The notes under the pieces: model-generated
What the model was told of the DNA's origin: nothing
The model's input: the letters and a program-made list of their open reading frames with translations, nothing else
Database searches by the model: none
Source: an uncultured Gammaproteobacteria bacterium
GTDB taxonomy: Bacteria > Patescibacteriota > Patescibacteriia > Patescibacteriales > UBA12465
Direction of reading: 5' to 3'
Length of the DNA stretch: 47,195 nt
NCBI GenBank assembly: GCA_964479455.1
Contig: CAYZMF010000002.1
Coordinates: 1 to 47,195, forward strand
Part shown: piece by piece, positions 8,744-17,768 of the stretch
Layout: each line of letters starts with the position of its first letter
How positions within the stretch are numbered: position 1 is the stretch's first letter
Made by a program: the position numbers and the translations under genes

Positions 8744-9994
8744 ATGCTAGTTAATCTTCAGCAAATACTTTTAATCGTTAAACGAGCCTTGCTAAGCAAC
8801 AAGACTCGTAGTTTTTTAACTATCTTAGGAATTGTTATTGGCGTAGCTTCAGTTATTATTATTATGTCTCTTGGGGCCGGTGCCCAGTCGCTAATTTTAA
8901 ACCAGTTAGAAGGCTTAGGTAATAGTGAAATCATTGCCGTTTTACCAGGCAAGTCAGATGATAGCGGTCCACCAGCCGCTGCCTTTGGTGTCCTGATTAC
9001 TACCCTAAATATGGCGGATTTAGAGGCCTTGGAGAATAAAAATAATGTTAGTTTTGCCCAAGAGGTGGCTGGTTTTTATGAGCTAGATATTAGTGCTACT
9101 TGGCAACAAAATTTAGTTAATACTAAACTAATTGGCGTAACTAGCAATTATTTGGAATTAGAAGGAGGGGATATTGCCGCGGGGCGTTTTTTTAGTCCCC
9201 AGGAAGAGATCAGTCTTTCTAAAGTGGCTGTTTTGGGTTCGACAGTGGCCAGTGAATTATTTGGTGACATTAATCCGATTGGCAAAAGACTTAAAATTAA
9301 AAATCAAACATTGGAAGTAATTGGGGTTTTAAATAAAAGAGGGCAAATTGCTTTTCAAAATTATGATGACCAAATCATCGCTCCTTTAAGTTTTGTTCAA
9401 AAACAAGTCGCTAATGTTTCTCATTTAAGTTCTATTAGGATAAGAGTTGACAGTCTAGATAACATTGAACAAAGCTTAGAAGAAATTGAATTAACTTTAA
9501 GAGAAAGACGAAATATCATTGATCCAGAGGATGATGATTTTTCGGTTAGAAGTTTTCAGGACGCTATTGATCTAGTAACTACTGTTACTAATGCTCTTCG
9601 CTACTTCCTAGCAGCCATGGCCGCCCTATCCTTGCTAGTTGGTGGAATTGGAATTATGAATATCATGTTAGTTAGTATTACTGAGCGCACCAAAGAGATT
9701 GGTTTGCGTAAAGCAATTGGGGCAACTAATTGGCAGATAATGCGTCAATTTCTATTAGAAGCAATATTTTTAACCCTAATTGGCGGTCTAATTGGCTTGG
9801 TATCAGGAATATTTATTAGTTTTTTAGTTTATATAACTCTAAGTGCTTTAGGAATTTCCTGGGTATTTAGTATTTCTTGGCTAGCTATCTTTTTAGCTAT
9901 TTTTATTTCCATTTTAATTGGCTTAGTTTTTGGTTTTTTCCCCGCTAAGAAAGCCAGTCAGTTAAGCCCAATTGAGGCTCTTCGTTATGAATGA
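8744..9994 (+). CDS. ABC transporter permease, FtsX/MacB family (paralog 1)
   Basis: 416 aa. N-terminal TM, extracytoplasmic domain of about 230 aa, C-terminal FtsX module (ERTKEIGLRKAIGA..., ends EALRYE*). Confidence 0.9.
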   Translation: MLVNLQQILLIVKRALLSNKTRSFLTILGIVIGVASVIIIMSLGAGAQSLILNQLEGLGNSEIIAVLPGKSDDSGPPAAAFGVLITTLNMADLEALENKNNVSFAQEVAGFYELDISATWQQNLVNTKLIGVTSNYLELEGGDIAAGRFFSPQEEISLSKVAVLGSTVASELFGDINPIGKRLKIKNQTLEVIGVLNKRGQIAFQNYDDQIIAPLSFVQKQVANVSHLSSIRIRVDSLDNIEQSLEEIELTLRERRNIIDPEDDDFSVRSFQDAIDLVTTVTNALRYFLAAMAALSLLVGGIGIMNIMLVSITERTKEIGLRKAIGATNWQIMRQFLLEAIFLTLIGGLIGLVSGIFISFLVYITLSALGISWVFSISWLAIFLAIFISILIGLVFGFFPAKKASQLSPIEALRYE

Positions 9995-11219
9995 TTATAT
10001 TATTGCCCTTAAATTAGCTTGGCGCTCCTTGACTGTTAATATACTAAGGACTAGTTTAACAGTTTTAGGAGTAATTGTTGGCGTAACTGCGATTGTGGTT
10101 GTTTTTGCGGCTGGAGATTCCTTAAATAATTTTATTTTAGCTGAGCTTGAGTCATATGGCACGGATATTATTCAAACGGAAATTAAGGTACCAGGCACAG
10201 CTAGTCAATTTTCTGCTGGCGAAATTACCAGTTTGAAATTGTCAGATATGGAAGAAATTGACAGTCTTTCAAACATAAAAAGATCATATGCTACCTTAAT
10301 TAGTCAATCAAGACTTAGTTATGAAAGCGAAAGAGAGGGTGCTTTAGTTTTCGGGGTAAGCTCCAGCTACCCTTTAATTGATCAAGCTAGTCAAACTATT
10401 GAGGGTCGCTTTTTTAATGAAGAAGAGAATCTTTCCCAAGCCATGGTGGCAGTAATTGGTTTTAAATTAAGAGAAAATCTTTTTTCTGGTCGTTCACCAA
10501 TAAATGAATATATCAATTATGGCAATCGTAAACTCCGAGTAATTGGCGTTTTAAGAGAAAGGGGCGGGGCAATGGGTTTTATTGATTTTGATAAAGCTAT
10601 ATACTTACCAATTCGAACTCTTCAAAAAAGAATACTGGGTGTAGACCACGCCCTTTATTTTGTTCATCAATTAGTCGATATTTCTAAGGCAGAGGAAACT
10701 GCTCAGGAGATAAAGTATATTTTAAGAGATCGCCATGATATTTCTGATCCTAGCCAAGATGATTTCCGAGTTTCAACCATAGATGAGGCTCTAGATATTA
10801 TTGATAGCATCACCGGGGCAATCACTGGTCTTCTTTTAGCCATCATTTTAATCTCTCTATTAGTCGGTGGGGTTGGTATTATGAATATTATGTATGTGGC
10901 CGTTAGTGAGCGAACTAAGGAGATTGGCCTAAGAAAAGCCCTGGGAGCCAGAAAAAAAGATATTTCCAAGCAATTTTTAATAGAAGCAATCTTAATTACT
11001 TTTTGGGGCTGGGTAGTTGGCCTTATCCTCGGTCTAGCTTTATCTAGAGTTTTAATAATTATCGCTAATAATTATGGGGTTAATTTGGAGTTTATCTTTC
11101 CTGGCCGAGGAATTATTGTTGCTCTTTTGTTTAGTCTTGCCAGTGGCCTTATCTTTGGTTTAAGACCAGCTAAAAAAGCCTCTCAGCTTGACCCAGTTGA
11201 GGCGATGAGGGTGGAGTAG
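9987..11219 (+). CDS. ABC transporter permease, FtsX/MacB family (paralog 2)
   Basis: Same architecture as the preceding gene (ERTKEIGLRKALGA..., ends EAMRVE*). The ATG at 9987 overlaps the upstream stop by 8 nt; the ORF-track start at 9972 is a TTG. Confidence 0.88.
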   Translation: MNDYIIALKLAWRSLTVNILRTSLTVLGVIVGVTAIVVVFAAGDSLNNFILAELESYGTDIIQTEIKVPGTASQFSAGEITSLKLSDMEEIDSLSNIKRSYATLISQSRLSYESEREGALVFGVSSSYPLIDQASQTIEGRFFNEEENLSQAMVAVIGFKLRENLFSGRSPINEYINYGNRKLRVIGVLRERGGAMGFIDFDKAIYLPIRTLQKRILGVDHALYFVHQLVDISKAEETAQEIKYILRDRHDISDPSQDDFRVSTIDEALDIIDSITGAITGLLLAIILISLLVGGVGIMNIMYVAVSERTKEIGLRKALGARKKDISKQFLIEAILITFWGWVVGLILGLALSRVLIIIANNYGVNLEFIFPGRGIIVALLFSLASGLIFGLRPAKKASQLDPVEAMRVE

Positions 11220-11242
11220 TTATTTATCTTTTCAGTTATTTA

Positions 11243-11251
11243 TGCTATAAT
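11243..11251 (+). promoter_or_regulatory. Extended -10 element TGCTATAAT
   Basis: The exact 9-mer tgctataat lies 8 nt upstream of an ATG (11260) that opens a 48-codon ORF. The same 9-mer recurs at 27473 and 47184. Confidence 0.35.
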
Positions 11252-11418
11252 AATTTCATATGTTATGTAAATTATTTCCCAAATTATTTGGATCTAAATG
11301 TGCTAAGCAAGAAGAAAAACTTAAGGCTGAAGTTGATCAATTAGACTCTGGTCCTGAGATTGACTTAAATCCCAAAACTGACGAAATAGAAGAAAAACAG
11401 GATTAAAGTTTTTTTGCT

Positions 11419-12279
11419 ATGTCAATGAAAAAAGGTCGGATTATTATTACTAATCCAAAGAGATTTGCTGAGCAAATTAAAGAGATTAAGAGACAGGGCA
11501 AAAAAAATTTGCGCTTTGTTTGTGATTTTGATCGCACTCTTAGCCAGTGTTTTGTGGCTGGAAAAAAAATGCCATCTTTGATTGGAATTTTGAGAGAAGA
11601 GTCATATTTATCAGCTAACTATGTAAAAGAGGCTTACACTCTACTTAATCGCTATCAGCCAATTGAACTTAATCCTAATTTAAGCTTAAGTTTTAAAAAG
11701 AAGATGATGGAGCTCTGGTGGCGGAAGCACTTTGCACTTTTAATAAAAGAAGAATTGACTAAAGATCTTGTTTATCAAGCAATTAGTCGTTCGCCTTTTA
11801 AATTAAGGGCTGGAGGGAGAGAATTTTTTCAGCAATTAAATAAGCAGCGGGTTCCCTTAATAATTTTTTCTGCCGGGGGTTTGGGAGAGTTGAGTATAGA
11901 AATATTTTTAAGGAAAAGAGCTTTGTTACTCGCCAATGTCTTGATTGTGGCTAATTCTTTCTACTTTAAGCCAGATGGTCGTTTGAAGAAGATAAAAGAA
12001 CCAATTATACATAGTTATAATAAAGATGAAACTATTATTAGGCAGTATGATTTTTATGATAGAATTAAAGAAAGAAGAAATTTAGTTATAATTGGCGACA
12101 GCTTAGCTGATGCTTCAATGCATAAGGGTTTTAAATATAATCAATTACTTAAAATTGGCTTTTTAAATGAAAAAGAAGAAATTAATTTAAATCCTTACCG
12201 TCAAGCCTTTGATGTTTTAATTTTAGGCGATTCAAGCTTTTATCACATAAATCAAATTTTGAAAAAAATATTAAGATAA
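11419..12279 (+). CDS. Pyrimidine 5'-nucleotidase, UMPH-1/NT5C3-like HAD phosphatase
   Basis: 286 aa. HAD motif I FVCDFDRTLS, motif II-like IIFSAGGLGELSIEIF, motif IV IIGDSLADASM. The overall layout matches my recollection of the cytosolic 5'-nucleotidase III family. Confidence 0.7.
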   Translation: MSMKKGRIIITNPKRFAEQIKEIKRQGKKNLRFVCDFDRTLSQCFVAGKKMPSLIGILREESYLSANYVKEAYTLLNRYQPIELNPNLSLSFKKKMMELWWRKHFALLIKEELTKDLVYQAISRSPFKLRAGGREFFQQLNKQRVPLIIFSAGGLGELSIEIFLRKRALLLANVLIVANSFYFKPDGRLKKIKEPIIHSYNKDETIIRQYDFYDRIKERRNLVIIGDSLADASMHKGFKYNQLLKIGFLNEKEEINLNPYRQAFDVLILGDSSFYHINQILKKILR

Positions 12280-12280
12280 T

Positions 12281-14356
12281 ATGAATTCTTTTTTCCAAGC
12301 AAAATCAATTGCCCTAGTAGGGGCTTCGGCTAAAAAATTTAGAGTATCTTATGGCATTTTAGATAACTTAGTTAAAAGTAATTACCAGGGAAAAATTTTC
12401 GCCGTCAATCCTAATTCAGACAAGATATTAGGCCTTAAGTCCTACCCCAATTTAAAAGCTATTTCAGCTAAAATTGATTTAGTAATTATTGTCATTTCAG
12501 CCGACAAAGTAGTCTCTATTTTAGAGGAAATGGCCTCTTTAAATTTAAAATCGGCGATTATAATCTCATCTGGCTTTAAAGAAACGGGAAATTTTAAGCT
12601 TGAGGAAGAGATAATAAGAATATCTAAGAAAAATAATATTAAAATATTGGGCCCTAATTGTCTGGGACTTATCAATCCTCATTTTAACTTAAATGCCTCT
12701 TTTGCTGGTAGCTATCCCTTGGCGGGCAATATTGCCCTTATCTCTCAAAGTGGAGCTATTTGTACTGGTTTAATTGATTTAGCTAATTCTTCAAAGATTG
12801 GCTTTTCTAAATTTGTTAGTTTGGGCAATAAATCAATAATTGATGAGGCTGATTTAATTGAGTATTTAGCTAATGACCAAGCAACGAAAATAATTGCAAT
12901 CTATACTGAGCAATTAGAGAATTCTAAAAAATTAATTGAAGCTTGTGCTCAAAGCAAGAAGCCAATTATTGTTTTAAGAGGCGGGGCTAGTCAGCTGGGA
13001 GCTAGCGCCAGTGCTTCTCATACTGGAGCCTTAGTGGGGAATAGCGGTGCCTATCAAGCCTTATTTAAACAAGCTAATTTCATTGAAGTTAAAAATATAA
13101 GAGAACTACTTAATTATTTATTAGTCTTTCAAACTAATTTAAATAAAAAGCTAAATGATTTAATTATTCTCAGCAACGCTGGCGGTCCTGGTGTCTTAGC
13201 AGCCGATCAGGCCGAGTTTGATAATTTGAATTTAACTATTTTAAATAAGGAGACAAAATTTAGTTTGTCTAAAAAGATGCCCCATAGTGCTAGTCTAGAT
13301 AACCCAATTGATATTTTAGGAGATGCTGGGCCGGACTCTTATCTTGAAGCCTTTAAAATCCTTCAAAGCCAAGAAAAAAAAGCGGCTTTTCTAGTGATTA
13401 TCAGTCCTCAATCAATGTCAGATATTTCTGGGATAGTAAAAGCTTTGCTGGCTGTAAAAAAGTCAGAAACTTTTTTAGCCTTTGTTTTGATGGGGGAGGG
13501 CTTAATAGTTGAAGCCAAGGAATTTTTACAAAAAAATAATATTAGCCTATTTACTTGCCCCAAAGAAGCGGTTCAAGCTATTTCTGCTTTTTTAAAACAT
13601 CAGGCTAGTAGAGGGGATATTAATACCAGAAATTATCTAATTAAAGGCAATGACAAGAATTTGGTAAAAAATATTATAAAGACCAGTTTAATTGAAAAGA
13701 AAAAAATTATTAGAGAAGATCTAGCTTTTAAGATTTTAAAGGCTTATCAAATACCAGTCGTCAAGAATTATTTTATTCAGTCGGAAAAAGAGGTGCAAAA
13801 ATTAACTAAGAAGTTTAGGAATAAGCTTGTCTTAAAAATTTCTTCACCTGATATAATTCACAAAAGTGAGGCTGGTGGAATTAAATTAAACATTAAGGCT
13901 GAGGATATAAAAAAATCATATTTACAACTAATTGAAGGAGTTAAAAAAAATAGACCACAGGCAAAAATAGAGGGAGTTTTAGCAGCTGAGATGATTGAAA
14001 GAAGTAATTTGGAGCTAATTGTTGGTGCATTTCGCGACCCTCTATTAGGGATCACCTTAGTTTTTGGCTTAGGAGGAATTTATGTGGAGATTTTAAAAGA
14101 CCAGTCCTTTGGCCTCGAGCCTCTTTCTTTTAAGCAAGCTATGAACATGCTTGAGTCTTTAAAGATTAGTCAAATATTTGATGGTTTTCGCGGCAAACAG
14201 GCTTATAACAAAAAAGACTTGGCTTTGACTATTTTAAAAATTCGTCAACTAATGAGCGATTGTGGGGAAATTAAAGAGATTGATATTAATCCTCTTTTAG
14301 CTTTTACTGGCAAAAGCCAGCCCCTAGCGATTGATGCTCGAATAATTTTAAATTAA
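12281..14356 (+). CDS. Acetyl-CoA synthetase (ADP-forming) / acetate--CoA ligase, fused alpha-beta form
   Basis: 691 aa. CoA-binding N-terminus (AKSIALVGAS...NPN), phosphohistidine loop GASASASHTGALVG, C-terminal ATP-grasp (LKISSPDIIHKSEAGGIKLN). Confidence 0.85.
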   Translation: MNSFFQAKSIALVGASAKKFRVSYGILDNLVKSNYQGKIFAVNPNSDKILGLKSYPNLKAISAKIDLVIIVISADKVVSILEEMASLNLKSAIIISSGFKETGNFKLEEEIIRISKKNNIKILGPNCLGLINPHFNLNASFAGSYPLAGNIALISQSGAICTGLIDLANSSKIGFSKFVSLGNKSIIDEADLIEYLANDQATKIIAIYTEQLENSKKLIEACAQSKKPIIVLRGGASQLGASASASHTGALVGNSGAYQALFKQANFIEVKNIRELLNYLLVFQTNLNKKLNDLIILSNAGGPGVLAADQAEFDNLNLTILNKETKFSLSKKMPHSASLDNPIDILGDAGPDSYLEAFKILQSQEKKAAFLVIISPQSMSDISGIVKALLAVKKSETFLAFVLMGEGLIVEAKEFLQKNNISLFTCPKEAVQAISAFLKHQASRGDINTRNYLIKGNDKNLVKNIIKTSLIEKKKIIREDLAFKILKAYQIPVVKNYFIQSEKEVQKLTKKFRNKLVLKISSPDIIHKSEAGGIKLNIKAEDIKKSYLQLIEGVKKNRPQAKIEGVLAAEMIERSNLELIVGAFRDPLLGITLVFGLGGIYVEILKDQSFGLEPLSFKQAMNMLESLKISQIFDGFRGKQAYNKKDLALTILKIRQLMSDCGEIKEIDINPLLAFTGKSQPLAIDARIILN

Positions 14357-14357
14357 T

Positions 14358-15038
14358 ATGAAATTTATAAAAAATCATCCATTAAAAATTACTTGGAAAA
14401 CAGAGTGGTTTCCGCTAAGCTTAATAATACTAAGCGTTTTTTCATCTTTCTGGTTTTTCTACCTATTTCCCAACCTAACACCTAGTTCTTGGGGTTTTAG
14501 TGGCGAAGTTAATAATTACTCGCCAGCTTGGTTGAGTGCTTTTTTACTGCCCACACTTAGTATTTTTATTTACCTTGTATTTATAATCCTTCCTTTTTTT
14601 GACCCTAAATTAAAAAGCAATAATGATTTCTCTCATAGCTATCATCACTTAAAGGATATAATAATTATTTTTTTTCTTTCTATTTATTATTTAAATTCCT
14701 TCAAAATTTTGGGCTATCCAATTGATATATCTTTATGGGTTCAATTACTAATGGCTCTTCTATTCTTTTATTTAGCCTTTATTTTACCCAAATTACCAAT
14801 CAATTGGTTTTTCGGTATTAGAACACCCTGGACCCTAAGCTCAGAGCTTGTTTGGAAGAAGACCCATCTATTATCTAAAAAAATATTCTTAATAGCCTCC
14901 GCCTTGCTGGCCTTAAGTTCTATCTCTCCATCATATATTAAAGCCTTCCTTTTATTTAGCTCTTTGTTTATATTAATTTTTATCCCCTTTTTCTATTCCC
15001 TAATAATCTATCAAAAAGAAAAGAAGAAAAAATCTTAA
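14358..15038 (+). CDS. SdpI/YhfL-family membrane protein (DUF1648 + SdpI domains)
   Basis: 226 aa, multi-TM. The motif NWFFGIRTPWTLSSELVWKKTH is the family signature as I recall it. Confidence 0.7.
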   Translation: MKFIKNHPLKITWKTEWFPLSLIILSVFSSFWFFYLFPNLTPSSWGFSGEVNNYSPAWLSAFLLPTLSIFIYLVFIILPFFDPKLKSNNDFSHSYHHLKDIIIIFFLSIYYLNSFKILGYPIDISLWVQLLMALLFFYLAFILPKLPINWFFGIRTPWTLSSELVWKKTHLLSKKIFLIASALLALSSISPSYIKAFLLFSSLFILIFIPFFYSLIIYQKEKKKKS

Positions 15039-15712
15039 TATTTCTGCAAACTTAATTTATAACCACGACCGGTGAAGGTGTGAATTAGATTTTTTTCTCG
15101 TCGGTAATTTAATTTTCGGCGTAGGCTCATAATATGAGCTTCAAGGGAGTTTGAAAAGGGGTCAGCATTAACATCCCAAACATTTTCTAGGATTTCAATT
15201 CTTGATAGTATTTGTCCCTGATTAAGCATTAAGTACTCAAGTAGGTTATATTCTTTTTTAGTAAGATAAACCTCCCGATCGGCTCTTTTTACAGACTTAA
15301 AATTTTGATTTAGACTTAAATTTCCGATACTTAAAATATTTTCCAGTATTTCTGGTGGCCTTTTTACTAAAGCTTTGATTCTCAGAAGCAATTCTGCGAA
15401 GATAAAAGGCTTAGTTAAATAGTCATCCGCTCCACTTAAAAACATTTTCTTTTTATCTTCAATAGTCATTTGGATGCTTAAGACTAAAATTGGAGTGTTA
15501 ATTTTATCCTGACGAATTCCCAAAAGAACCTTGTAACCACTGAGCTTTGGCAAATTACAGTCTAGGATAATCAGTTGATATTTATTAGTGCGAGCTAGAA
15601 AAAGCCCACGATCACCATCTAAGGCGGTGTCAACAACATACATTTTGGCCTCTAAGCCAGCTTTAATAAAATTGACGACATTTAGGTCATCTTCGATTAA
15701 TAGAATTTTCAT
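15035..15712 (-). CDS. OmpR-family response regulator (receiver + winged-helix)
   Basis: 225 aa. MKILLIEDD, phospho-acceptor LIILDCNLP, YLTKPF, C-terminal LTKKEYNLLEYL...TFTGRGYKL. No histidine kinase is adjacent. Confidence 0.9.
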   Translation of the reverse strand: MKILLIEDDLNVVNFIKAGLEAKMYVVDTALDGDRGLFLARTNKYQLIILDCNLPKLSGYKVLLGIRQDKINTPILVLSIQMTIEDKKKMFLSGADDYLTKPFIFAELLLRIKALVKRPPEILENILSIGNLSLNQNFKSVKRADREVYLTKKEYNLLEYLMLNQGQILSRIEILENVWDVNADPFSNSLEAHIMSLRRKLNYRREKNLIHTFTGRGYKLSLQKY

Positions 15713-15716
15713 ATAT

Positions 15717-15745
15717 TTGAATTAATTATAATTTAACTATATAAT
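15717..15745 (+). promoter_or_regulatory. Sigma70-like promoter (TTGAAT-17-TATAAT) for hisS
   Basis: ttgaat at 15717-15722, 17-nt spacer, tataat at 15740-15745, in the divergent regulator/hisS gap. Confidence 0.45.
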
Positions 15746-15790
15746 ACAATAAGGTGGATAAAATTCACTTAAATTATTAATAGAAAAAAT

Positions 15791-17080
15791 ATGTCTAGTA
15801 AAATCATTTCAAATTTGCCGCCTAAGGGAACGGCTGATTGGCTACCGCAAGAGTTTGTAATTAGAAAACACATCTTTGATACTTGGCGTAGTGTTTGTTT
15901 GCGCTATGGTTTTTTAGAGTATTTAACTCCCCTAGTTGAGTCAGCTGAAATCTATCGGCATAAATCAGGGGAAGATATTGGTGGCCAGGAACTACTTAGC
16001 TTTAAAGATTTGGCTGGTCGGGAATTATGTATTCGCCCTGAAATGACTCCTTCTGTTACAAGAATGGTTAGTCGCATATATGCTAGTAGTCCTAAGCCCC
16101 TAAAGCTATTTTCAATCGCTAATTTCATGCGTAATGAAAGACCGCAAAGAGGAAGGAATAGGGAGTTTTGGCAGTTAAATTGTGATATTTTTGGCTCTGC
16201 TTCAATTGCCGCTGACTTAGAGATACTGCAACTATCCTTAGATATTATGAGAGAATTGGGTGCCCCAAAGAAATCCTTTACCCTCCGTTTAAATAGTCGT
16301 AAATTATTAGAAGAAATTGCCATGAATTTTAAAATACCGGGGGAAAAGATAAAAAATTTTTTTAGAATTTTAGATAAACATAGCAAGCTCAGCAAGGCAG
16401 TATTTTTAAAAAGCTTAATTGATAATATAGGGCTTAGTTCTAGCCAAGCCAAAGAGATAGAGGCTTTCATGGCTGGTTTTCATCTAGATCTATTATTAAA
16501 ATATTTAGATACAAATCAAAATCTAAATCAAGCTAAAAAGGAAATTGATTTTGTGATTGACCGTTTGAATCTACTCGGCTACGGTCAAGAGATTGTTTTT
16601 GACCCCTCTTTAGTTAGAGGTTTTGATTATTATGATGGTCTAATTTTTGAAGTTTTCGATACCCATGAAAATAATTTAAGAGCCATGTTTGGCGGTGGTC
16701 GCTATAATGGACTAGCTGATGTGTTTGGAGCCGATACTTTTCCAGCAGTTGGTTTTGCCCCCGGCGACGAAACAAGCAAACTATTCTTAGAAAGCTGGCA
16801 ATTATTAGATAAAGTTGCTAATCAGAAACAAGATTTAATTTATTTCCCACTAATCTCAGCCGAGCTTTTAATTGATGTCCAGCGCTTAGCTTCTCAGCTA
16901 AGAAGATCCGGTAAACAAGTTCTCCAGTCTTTTGAACCCCAAAGAATTTCTAAAGCTCTAGAGAGTGCTAATAAGTTAAATTGTAATCAGGTAATTATTT
17001 TAGGAATTGAAGAGAAGGATAAAGGGCTTTACAAGATAAAGGATTTAGAGAGTGGCCAAGAGACTAAATATCCACTTTAG
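15791..17080 (+). CDS. hisS: Histidine--tRNA ligase
   Basis: 429 aa. PKGTADWLP, class II motif 2 FMRNERPQRGRNREFWQLNCDIFG, motif 3 GGGRYNGL, C-terminal anticodon-binding domain. Confidence 0.92.
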   Translation: MSSKIISNLPPKGTADWLPQEFVIRKHIFDTWRSVCLRYGFLEYLTPLVESAEIYRHKSGEDIGGQELLSFKDLAGRELCIRPEMTPSVTRMVSRIYASSPKPLKLFSIANFMRNERPQRGRNREFWQLNCDIFGSASIAADLEILQLSLDIMRELGAPKKSFTLRLNSRKLLEEIAMNFKIPGEKIKNFFRILDKHSKLSKAVFLKSLIDNIGLSSSQAKEIEAFMAGFHLDLLLKYLDTNQNLNQAKKEIDFVIDRLNLLGYGQEIVFDPSLVRGFDYYDGLIFEVFDTHENNLRAMFGGGRYNGLADVFGADTFPAVGFAPGDETSKLFLESWQLLDKVANQKQDLIYFPLISAELLIDVQRLASQLRRSGKQVLQSFEPQRISKALESANKLNCNQVIILGIEEKDKGLYKIKDLESGQETKYPL

Positions 17081-17714
17081 GCCACGACTTTCTTTTAAGC
17101 TTCTGAGCAAAGGGCGCAAAGCTGAGGCGGTGAATAGGGCAAGGTCCATATTCTTTAATTTTTTCTAAATACAGTTTAGTGCCATAAGCTTTATGTTGTT
17201 TAAAATTATAATGGGGATATTTATCGTGATATTTCAGCATTATATAGTCGCGACTAACTTTCGCAATAATAGAAGCAGCCGCAATGCTAAAAACCAAGGA
17301 GTCGCCAGAGATAATCGCTTTTTGATTATATTTAAAATTTGGAATAGCAAACTTACCATCAATCAAGCAATAGTCAGGCGAAATACTTAAAGCCTCAACT
17401 ACTTTTCTCATCGCTAAAAAACTAGCTTGTAAAATATTAATTCTATCAATCATCTTACTACCAACAACTCCAATTGAAACTGCCAGGCAATCATCTTTAA
17501 TTGTTTTAAATAAAGTCTCTCTTTTCTTAGGACTGAGTTTTTTGGAGTCATTAATTAAGCTCCATTTTTCTTCATTGGCGTTGAAGTTTGCATCTAAAAC
17601 AACAGCGGCTGCCACCACCGGCCCCGCTAAAGGACCGCGACCAGCCTCATCAATCCCCGCCACCTTCCCATAACCCAAGTCAAAATATTTCTTTTCTATC
17701 TCTAGATTAAGCAT
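17064..17714 (-). CDS. rnhB: Ribonuclease HII
   Basis: 216 aa. GIDEAGRGPLAGPVVAAAV, DSKKLSPKKRE, ASIIAKV. Its 3' end overlaps hisS by 17 nt (convergent). Confidence 0.9.
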   Translation of the reverse strand: MLNLEIEKKYFDLGYGKVAGIDEAGRGPLAGPVVAAAVVLDANFNANEEKWSLINDSKKLSPKKRETLFKTIKDDCLAVSIGVVGSKMIDRINILQASFLAMRKVVEALSISPDYCLIDGKFAIPNFKYNQKAIISGDSLVFSIAAASIIAKVSRDYIMLKYHDKYPHYNFKQHKAYGTKLYLEKIKEYGPCPIHRLSFAPFAQKLKRKSWPKVDI

Positions 17715-17768
17715 GCTTTAATTATAACATAGATTTACAAGAAACATTATTTATGGCAAGATATAAGT

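Noticed and set aside
9992-9994. Possible alternative genetic code (TGA read as Gly or Trp, as in some CPR and Mollicutes lineages)
   Set aside because: TGA terminates ORFs at positions that fit family-typical C-termini. For example, the first FtsX permease ends EALRYE-TGA and its paralog ends EAMRVE-TAG. ATGA start/stop overlaps are common in the window. No gene appears truncated at an in-frame TGA.
15746-15790. Possible T-box or other riboswitch leader upstream of hisS (and of cysS), plus the SD-like aaggtgg at 15751-15757
   Set aside because: The predicted hisS leader is only ~40 nt, far too short for a T-box. cysS has no leader at all because it overlaps the upstream gene. The aaggtgg lies 33 nt from the ATG, too far to act as an SD.
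15952-16470. 172-aa ORF antisense to hisS, unusually long for an AT-rich genome
   Set aside because: It lies entirely inside the well-supported hisS gene and is offset by one base from its codons. Its composition is Ser/Leu/Ile-rich and low in complexity, which is typical of antisense translation. It has no recognisable motif, promoter or start context.
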